A DNA stretch of 53,048 nucleotides from Pseudomonadota bacterium. Its GTDB lineage: Bacteria; Pseudomonadota; Gammaproteobacteria; Burkholderiales; Burkholderiaceae_C. Both the position numbers and the translations under genes were made by a program. Positions 42,257 to 53,048 of this stretch are shown here, piece after piece; the stretch's first letter is position 1; each line of letters begins with the position of its first letter. Where the stretch lies: positions 1-53,048 of the forward strand of contig JAEYRT010000072.1 in assembly GCA_023435325.1 (NCBI GenBank), given 5' to 3'. Under the pieces are notes generated by a model, which searched no databases, was not told the origin of the DNA, and saw nothing but the letters and a program-made list of their open reading frames with translations.

Positions 42257-43249
42257 TTACACCTCGGCGCCAGACTCTTTGACCACCTTGCCCCACTTGG
42301 CGGCTTCGGCTTTGATGAAGGCTTCAAATTCGGCGGGGGTGTCGATGACGACATCACCACCCTGGTCGGCAATCTTCTTGACCACGGCAGGGTCCTTCAG
42401 CACCTTGGCCAGCGAGGCATACAGCTTGTCCAGTACAGGTGCTGGTGTATTGGCGGGAGCCCACAGACCAAACCACGAAGTGGCTTCATAGCCGGGCACA
42501 CCAGCTTCGGCGATGGTGGGGACATCCGGCAGTTCAGGCGAGCGCTTGGCCGTGGTGACCGCGATGGGGCGCAGCTTGCCCGAGCGCACGTGCTGGATGG
42601 CCGAAGGCATGTTGTCAAACATGACGGCAATCTGATTGCCCAGCAGGTCCGACACGGCAGGCGCACTGCCCTTGTAGGGGATGTGGGTGAGTTCTGCACC
42701 TGTCATGCTTTGGAACAAGGCACCCGACACGTGGGGCGATGCGCCGGAGCCGGGCGAGCCATAGGTCACGTCACCAGGATGGGCCTTGGCGTAGGCAATC
42801 ATTTCCTGCACGGTCTTGTAGGGGCGGCTGGGGTGCGCGACCAGCAGATTGGGCACGGTGGCCACACGGCTCAGGGGCGCGAAGTCCTTGATGGGGTCGT
42901 AAGGCAGCTTTTTGTACAGCGACTGGTTGATGGCGTGGGTGCCCACGGTGCCCATGAACACGGTGTAGCCATCGGCCTTGGCGCGTGCAGCTTGCTGGGC
43001 GCCGATATTGCCACCCGCACCAGGCTTGTTCTCGATGATGAAGCTCTGGCCCATTTCCACGGTCAGGGCCTGGCCCACGATGCGCGCCAGGATGTCGGTG
43101 GTGCCGCCTGCCGAGAAGGGCACGATCATGGTGATGGGCTTGCTGGGGTAGTCGTCCTGGGCCAGGGCAGTGCCCATGCCGGTAGCCAGTACAGCAGCAG
43201 CGAGTGTCTTGAGGCCAATGCGGCGCGTGAATGTCTTGGAAGTCAACAT
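42257..43249 (-). CDS. Bug/TctC tripartite tricarboxylate transporter substrate-binding protein
   Basis: YPSKPITMIVPFSAGGTTD, ENKPGAGG, HIPYKGS, PDVPT. Confidence 0.93.
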   Translation of the reverse strand: MLTSKTFTRRIGLKTLAAAVLATGMGTALAQDDYPSKPITMIVPFSAGGTTDILARIVGQALTVEMGQSFIIENKPGAGGNIGAQQAARAKADGYTVFMGTVGTHAINQSLYKKLPYDPIKDFAPLSRVATVPNLLVAHPSRPYKTVQEMIAYAKAHPGDVTYGSPGSGASPHVSGALFQSMTGAELTHIPYKGSAPAVSDLLGNQIAVMFDNMPSAIQHVRSGKLRPIAVTTAKRSPELPDVPTIAEAGVPGYEATSWFGLWAPANTPAPVLDKLYASLAKVLKDPAVVKKIADQGGDVVIDTPAEFEAFIKAEAAKWGKVVKESGAEV

Positions 43250-43461
43250 CAACGTCTCCTAAACAGATGTTTGCAGGAAATACACACCCGTGCAGGCCTC
43301 GGAAGGGCTGCGCTTGTGATCAGTCCGGGGTGTGGTGGTGGCCGCGCATACGTGGCACGGACATCCGTTGGGAAAGCAAAGGCCTGCCAGCCCAGGGCGG
43401 GCTGGTCCTGATGGCCTTCAGTTCAGTGGTGGGTTACCAGGGATGGCGGGTGAAAAACCGT

Positions 43462-44673
43462 TCAAACCTTCTCGAGGATCACGGCAATGCCCTGACCCAC
43501 GCCGATGCACATGGTGCACAGCGCATAACGGCCGCCCAGCGTGTGCAACTGGTTCACCGCAGTGGTGGCCAGGCGCGCACCGGAGGCACCCAGAGGGTGA
43601 CCCAGGGCGATGGCACCGCCCCACTGGTTCACACGCTTGTCGTCGTCGGCAATGCCCAGATCGCGCAGCACGGCCAGGCCTTGTGCAGCAAAGGCTTCGT
43701 TCAGCTCGATCACGTCCATGTCGGCCAGTGTCAGGCCGGTCTGAGCCAGTACCTTGCGCACAGCAGGGGCTGGGCCAAAACCCATGATGCGGGGCGCCAC
43801 ACCGGCCGTAGCCATGCCTACGACGCGGGCACGGGGTACCAGGTTGTATTGCTTGGCCGCTTCCTCGTTGGCCAGCAGCAGGGCGCAGGCACCATCGTTC
43901 ACGCCCGAAGCATTGCCGGCGGTCACGGTGCCGTCAGGGCGCACCACGCCTTTGAGCTTGGCCAGCGCTTCGATGGTGGTGTTGCGAGGATGCTCATCCT
44001 GGCTCACCACAATGGCATCGCCCTTCTTCTGGGGAATGGTGACGCTCACGATTTCCTTGGCCAGGTAGCCCGCAGCGATCGCGGCCGCAGCCTTTTGCTG
44101 GGAAGCCAGCGCCATGCGGTCTTGGGCTTCACGCTCGATCTTGAAGTCGTCGGCCACGTTTTCGGCGGTTTCGGGCATGGAGTCCACGCCGTACTGTGCC
44201 TTCATCAGCTTGTTCACAAAGCGCCAGCCGATGGTGGTGTCGTACACGGCGTTGTTGCGGCTGAAGGCGGTTTCGGCCTTGGGCATGACAAACGGGGCGC
44301 GGCTCATGGATTCCACACCGCCGGCAACCATCAGGCGGGCTTCGCCGGACTTGATGGCGCGGGCTGCAGAGCCCACGGCATCCAGACCCGAGCCGCACAG
44401 GCGGTTGATGGTGGCGCCGGGCACATCAATGGGCAGACCTGCCAGCAGGCTGGACATGTGGGCTACGTTGCGGTTGTCTTCACCGGCCTGGTTGGCGCAG
44501 CCGTAAAGCACATCGTCCACGGCCTTCCAGTCCACCTGGGGGTTGCGCTCCATCAGCGCCTTGATGGGCAGTGCGCCCAGATCGTCCGCGCGCACGCTGG
44601 ACAGCGCGCCACCGTAACGGCCAAAGGGAGTGCGGATGGCGTCGCAGATGAAAGCTTGGGGAGCAGTGCTCAT
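43462..44673 (-). CDS. pcaF: 3-oxoadipyl-CoA thiolase
   Basis: [45 protein letters not shown]. Confidence 0.92.
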   Translation of the reverse strand: MSTAPQAFICDAIRTPFGRYGGALSSVRADDLGALPIKALMERNPQVDWKAVDDVLYGCANQAGEDNRNVAHMSSLLAGLPIDVPGATINRLCGSGLDAVGSAARAIKSGEARLMVAGGVESMSRAPFVMPKAETAFSRNNAVYDTTIGWRFVNKLMKAQYGVDSMPETAENVADDFKIEREAQDRMALASQQKAAAAIAAGYLAKEIVSVTIPQKKGDAIVVSQDEHPRNTTIEALAKLKGVVRPDGTVTAGNASGVNDGACALLLANEEAAKQYNLVPRARVVGMATAGVAPRIMGFGPAPAVRKVLAQTGLTLADMDVIELNEAFAAQGLAVLRDLGIADDDKRVNQWGGAIALGHPLGASGARLATTAVNQLHTLGGRYALCTMCIGVGQGIAVILEKV

Positions 44674-44723
44674 GGTGTGTCTCCGGATCACGGATGGCAA
44701 AAAGCCAAAGGTTTAAAAATAGG

Positions 44724-44758
44724 GGCTGTCAGCGCTGGCTGGATAAGCGTCAGAGGCT
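44724..44758. repeat. 35-bp single unit of the palindromic repeat family between pcaJ and pcaF
   Basis: (AAAAATAGG)GGCTGTCAGCGCTGGCTGGATAAGCGTCAGAGGCT. Confidence 0.6.
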
Positions 44759-44794
44759 TGTCGTTCAGTGCGCGCTGACAGTGTGTGGCGTGGC

Positions 44795-45451
44795 TCAGAC
44801 CGCTGCTGCGATGGGCAGTCCCACCATGGCTTCTAGCGCTTCGCGGCTCAGGCCTTCCACGCTATCGATCAGTCGCAGACCGTGGGGTGTGCACTCCAGC
44901 GTGCACAGCTCGGTGTAGATGCGCTTGACGCAGGCCAATCCAGTCAGGGGATAGGTGCACTTGTCCACCACCTTGCATTCGCCGGTCTTGGTCATCAGGT
45001 CCATCATCACCCAGGTGCTCTTGGCACCGACGGCCAGGTCCATGGCGCCGCCCACGGCGGGAATGGCACCAGCCTCACCGGTGCTCCAGTTGGCCAGGTC
45101 ACCTGTGGCCGACACCTGGAAGGCGCCGAGCACACAGATATCCAAATGACCGCCGCGCATCATGGCAAAGCTGTCGGCATGGTGGAAATAGCTGCCACCG
45201 GGCAGCAAGGTCACGGGCTGCTTGCCGGCGTTGGTCAGGTCGTAGTCTTCCTGGCCGGCCTCGGGGGCTGGGCCCATGCCCAAAATGCCGTTTTCCGACT
45301 GCAGCACGATTTCACGGTCGGCGGGAATGTGGTTGGCCACCTTGGTGGGCATGCCGATGCCGAGGTTCACATAGGAGCCATCGGGAATGTCTTGGGCGAT
45401 GCGCTGGGCCAGTTCGTCCTTGCTGCGTTTTTGGTAGTTGCTCACGCTCAT
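44795..45451 (-). CDS. pcaJ: 3-oxoadipate CoA-transferase subunit B
   Basis: YVNLGIGMPT, SENG, GDLANW, GGAMDL. Confidence 0.92.
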   Translation of the reverse strand: MSVSNYQKRSKDELAQRIAQDIPDGSYVNLGIGMPTKVANHIPADREIVLQSENGILGMGPAPEAGQEDYDLTNAGKQPVTLLPGGSYFHHADSFAMMRGGHLDICVLGAFQVSATGDLANWSTGEAGAIPAVGGAMDLAVGAKSTWVMMDLMTKTGECKVVDKCTYPLTGLACVKRIYTELCTLECTPHGLRLIDSVEGLSREALEAMVGLPIAAAV

Positions 45452-45472
45452 ATCTCCAGGGCTAGACGACGG

Positions 45473-46174
45473 TTAGGCAGATTTCTTGAAACCACCCGCT
45501 TGCGTGGCAACGCGGGCAATGGGCACCACTTTGCTCACGTAGATGCCAGGGGTGACGATGGCTTCGGGGTCCATCTGGCCCAGTTCCACCACTTCGTGCA
45601 CGGTGGCAACCGTGAACTTGGCGGCGGTGGCCATCACGGGGCCAAAGTTGCGTGCCGACATGCGGTATGTCAGATTGCCCCAGCGGTCCCCTTTTTCGGC
45701 CTTGATCAGCGCGACGTCACCGTGGATGGGGTACTCCAGCACATAGTTTTTGCCGTTGATGGTGCGGGTTTCCTTGCCTTCGGCCAGTTCGGTGCCGTAG
45801 GCCGTGGGGCAGAAGAACGCGCCAATGCCTGCACCGGCGGCGCGCATGCGCTCGGCCAGATTGCCTTGGGGTACGAGTTCCAGTTCGATCTTGCCGCTGC
45901 GGTACAGATCGTCGAACACCCAGCTGTCCACCTGACGGGGGAAGCTGCAGATGATCTTGCGGACCTGGCCGCTCTTGAGCAGCGCTGCCAGACCGGTGTC
46001 GCCATTGCCCGCGTTGTTGTTGACGATGGTCAGATCGCGCGCGCCATGGGCAATCAGGCCGTCAATCAGTTCCACGGGATTGCCCGAGGTGCCAAAGCCA
46101 CCGATCAATACGGTGGCGCCGTCTTGGATGCCCGACAGTGCTTCGGCAATCGTGTCGGTGATCTTGTTAATCAT
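45473..46174 (-). CDS. pcaI: 3-oxoadipate CoA-transferase subunit A
   Basis: IGGFG, NNAGNG, CSFPRQ, PQGNLAER, ARNFGPVMATAA. Confidence 0.92.
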   Translation of the reverse strand: MINKITDTIAEALSGIQDGATVLIGGFGTSGNPVELIDGLIAHGARDLTIVNNNAGNGDTGLAALLKSGQVRKIICSFPRQVDSWVFDDLYRSGKIELELVPQGNLAERMRAAGAGIGAFFCPTAYGTELAEGKETRTINGKNYVLEYPIHGDVALIKAEKGDRWGNLTYRMSARNFGPVMATAAKFTVATVHEVVELGQMDPEAIVTPGIYVSKVVPIARVATQAGGFKKSA

Positions 46175-46220
46175 GGAAGTCTCCCTACTGGCCGGGTTGG
46201 CAAAGCCACTGGCTTTGCTA

Positions 46221-46260
46221 AAATGTTCGCTATAAGAACATTTGTTCGCTGAAAGAATTA
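46221..46260. promoter_or_regulatory. PcaR/PobR-type operator (palindrome plus overlapping second site)
   Basis: AAATGTTC-GCTATAA-GAACATTT followed by TTTGTTCGCTGAAAGAATTA, between divergent pcaI and pcaR. Confidence 0.7.
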
Positions 46261-46261
46261 T

Positions 46262-47119
46262 ATGAACAGCTTTTTAAAAAAGGCGGCTGTAGAAACCACA
46301 CTAGGGAAAACCCCGAGCAGTGAGGTTTCCAGGGAGGGAAACACCGAAAACAGGCCAGGAGACAGCTATGTGCAATCGTTTGCACGGGGCCTGGAAGTGA
46401 TTCGTTCATTCAGTGCGCAGCGGCCTGTGCAGACCCTGAGCGAGGTGGCCGCTGAAACCGGCATGACACGTGCGGGGGCGCGCCGAATCCTGCTGACGCT
46501 GCAAACCCTGGGCTATGTGCACAACGATGGCAAATACTTTCAACTGACGGCGCGCATTCTGGATCTGGGCTTTGCCTATCTCAGCTCGCAGCCGCTGTGG
46601 AATCTGGCCATGCCCGCTATGGAAACCCTGTCTGAAACCGTGCAGGAGTCCTGCTCGGCCGGGGTGCTGGATGGGCTGGAGGTGGTGTATGTGGTGCGCG
46701 TACATGCCCACAAAATCATGAGCACGAATCTGGGTGTGGGTTCTCGTTTGCCCGCATTCTGGACCTCTATGGGACGGGTGGTGCTGGCGGCTTTGCCAGA
46801 GCACGAATTGAAAGCACTGCTGGCGACTTGCCCGCGTGTGCCGTATACGAGATTCACTTTGCTGGAGGATGAGGCGCTGCTGGCGGCCATTGCCCAGGTG
46901 CGTCAACAAGGCTGGGCCTTGATCAACCAGGAACTCGAAGAGGGGTTGATTTCAGTGGCGGCCCCGTTGGTGAATGCACAAGGACAAGTGGTGGGCGCCA
47001 TCAATGTGTCAGGCCAGGTCAATCGCACCAATGCCGAACAGATGCAGGCGCGGATCTTGCCCCATGTGCTGAAAACGGCGCAAAGCATTTCGCAGTTGCT
47101 GCGCACGACAAGGCGTTAA
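46262..47119 (+). CDS. pcaR: IclR-family regulator PcaR
   Basis: YVQSFARGLEVI, TRAGARRILLTL, GSRLPA..TSMGRV, QELEEGLIS; start uncertain. Confidence 0.9.
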   Translation: MNSFLKKAAVETTLGKTPSSEVSREGNTENRPGDSYVQSFARGLEVIRSFSAQRPVQTLSEVAAETGMTRAGARRILLTLQTLGYVHNDGKYFQLTARILDLGFAYLSSQPLWNLAMPAMETLSETVQESCSAGVLDGLEVVYVVRVHAHKIMSTNLGVGSRLPAFWTSMGRVVLAALPEHELKALLATCPRVPYTRFTLLEDEALLAAIAQVRQQGWALINQELEEGLISVAAPLVNAQGQVVGAINVSGQVNRTNAEQMQARILPHVLKTAQSISQLLRTTRR

Positions 47120-47167
47120 GCTTGCACCCGTTTTCACCCTCGCTGCGCCCACCATCTCCACCACCGC

Positions 47168-47872
47168 ATGGCACGTTTACCCCGCCTGACATTGCCCGGC
47201 CAGCCCCACTATGTGGTGCAGCGCGGCAATAACTTGCAAGCCATTTTTGTGGATACGCAAGACTATGCGCACATGAAGGGCCTGCTGCGCGAGATGGGGC
47301 GGCGCTTTGCGGTGGACATTCATGCTTACATCTTGCTGCCTAACCAGATCCATCTGCTGCTGACGCCCACGGATACCCAGGGTTTGCCGCAGTTCATGCA
47401 GTCGGTGGGGCGAGCTTATGTGCGGTGCTTCAACAACCGCCATGGCCGCAGCGGCACCTTGTGGGAAGGCCGCTACCGTGCCAATGTGCTGGAGCCGCAG
47501 GCATGGATGCTGCCAGCCATGGTGGTGCTGGAGAGCCAGGCCGTGATGCAGGGCGTGGCGGGACGCGCAGTGGACTATGGCTGGAGTAGTGCGCGCCACA
47601 ACGCGGGTGCACAAACCGATGGCATGTTGCGACTGCATCCGGCCTATTGGAGTCTGGGGGACACGCCGTTTGCCCGTGAAGCGGCCTACGCTTTGATGCT
47701 GGATCGCGGCCCTTCCGAAGACGTGGCGGAAGTGGTACTGGAGGCTGCTTTGAAAGGCTGGGTGCTGGGTTCGGACAGCTTTGTGCAAAGCTTGCAAGCC
47801 CATACGCCAAGGCGCTTGCAGCGCCAAAAAGCCGGTCGGCCTGCCCGCAAGCAGTGCGAAAAGGCCGAATAA
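47168..47872 (+). CDS. REP-associated tyrosine transposase (RAYT/Y1 HUH)-like protein, catalytic residues substituted
   Basis: MARLPR..PGQPHYVVQRGNN, HAYILLPNQIHLL, FNNRHGRSGTLWEGRY, DYGWSS, AGRP C-terminus. Confidence 0.85.
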   Translation: MARLPRLTLPGQPHYVVQRGNNLQAIFVDTQDYAHMKGLLREMGRRFAVDIHAYILLPNQIHLLLTPTDTQGLPQFMQSVGRAYVRCFNNRHGRSGTLWEGRYRANVLEPQAWMLPAMVVLESQAVMQGVAGRAVDYGWSSARHNAGAQTDGMLRLHPAYWSLGDTPFAREAAYALMLDRGPSEDVAEVVLEAALKGWVLGSDSFVQSLQAHTPRRLQRQKAGRPARKQCEKAE

Positions 47873-47896
47873 AGCACAGGGGTTCAGGCACCGGAT

Positions 47897-47920
47897 TGGT
47901 GCCTTTTTTATTTGATAATT
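47897..47920 (+). terminator. Probable terminator after the RAYT-like gene
   Basis: AGGCACC-GGATT-GGTGCCT followed by TTTTT. Confidence 0.6.
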
Positions 47921-48086
47921 TGCAGGTTATTGTTTTTGTTATTGAAAATTAATGTGTCCCTAATTAATTGTTTGTTTTAAATTGGTGCGAATAAATTGGT
48001 ATCTGACCCCAATTAAATTTTCTTGCATAGGTTGATGCGTGGTCGTAATCTGCGAATCCCTGCGATGAAATTAGAGGATGAGCGCC

Positions 48087-52832
<4,746 letters not shown>

Positions 52833-52897
52833 TTCAGCCCCGTGTGGTGGGGTGCCCCACCACACTGCTTGCGACACAGATTCAAGGAATAGACATC

Positions 52898-53048
52898 ATG
52901 GGAAAGACCACCGGCTTCATGGAATACGACCGCATCGAAGAGGGCTACCTGCCCGTTGCGGAACGTGTGAAGAACTACAAGGAATTCGTCATCGCGCTCA
53001 CCCCCGAGCAAGCCAAGATCCAGGGCGCACGCTGCATGGACTGCGGCA
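52898..53048 (+). CDS. gltD: Glutamate synthase small subunit (partial)
   Basis: [10 protein letters not shown]...QGARCMDCG directly after gltB. Confidence 0.93.
   Translation, partial: MGKTTGFMEYDRIEEGYLPVAERVKNYKEFVIALTPEQAKIQGARCMDCG

Noticed and set aside
14868..44758. Repeats interpreted as a CRISPR array or integron attC sites
   Set aside because: They are dispersed among core genes, with no regular spacers, cas genes, integrase or RYYYAAC/GTTRRRY ends
47168..47872. Active IS200/IS605 insertion sequence
   Set aside because: No tnpB, no clear subterminal hairpin pair on both sides, and catalytic residues are substituted

Overview
GC-rich core-chromosome segment of a betaproteobacterium, with gene content and protein sequences typical of Comamonadaceae (Comamonas-like; inferred). 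Gene order: double-length uvrA (3' end outside the window), MFS transporter, cyoABCD-surf1 converging on ctaA/cox15-cyoE, HAD, ychJ, a LiuR-controlled leucine/isovalerate cluster (liuR, PaaI thioesterase, ivd/liuA, can, aceK, thiolase, SDR, acyl-CoA dehydrogenase, hydrolase), msrPQ, lptM, cyaY, mrcA, pilMNOPQ-aroK-aroB-dgt, DUF1415 plus methyltransferase, an orphan LapD-like receptor, bug-pcaF-pcaJ-pcaI/pcaR, a RAYT-like Y1 transposase gene, gltB and the start of gltD. No rRNA, tRNA, CRISPR array, prophage or intact IS was seen. The most notable unexplained signals are: (1) a dispersed family of intergenic imperfect palindromes, with four gap-free copies of exactly 76 bp and several 35-bp single units, often overlapping stop codons; (2) a full-length RAYT whose HUH histidine and catalytic tyrosine are both substituted, lying upstream of gltB with two repeated TGWCCCYAATTAA motifs; (3) a LapD-like protein lacking the GWxQ LapG-docking motif; (4) heme A synthase next to a cyo-type quinol oxidase; (5) a Gly-to-Arg change in a conserved GltB motif.
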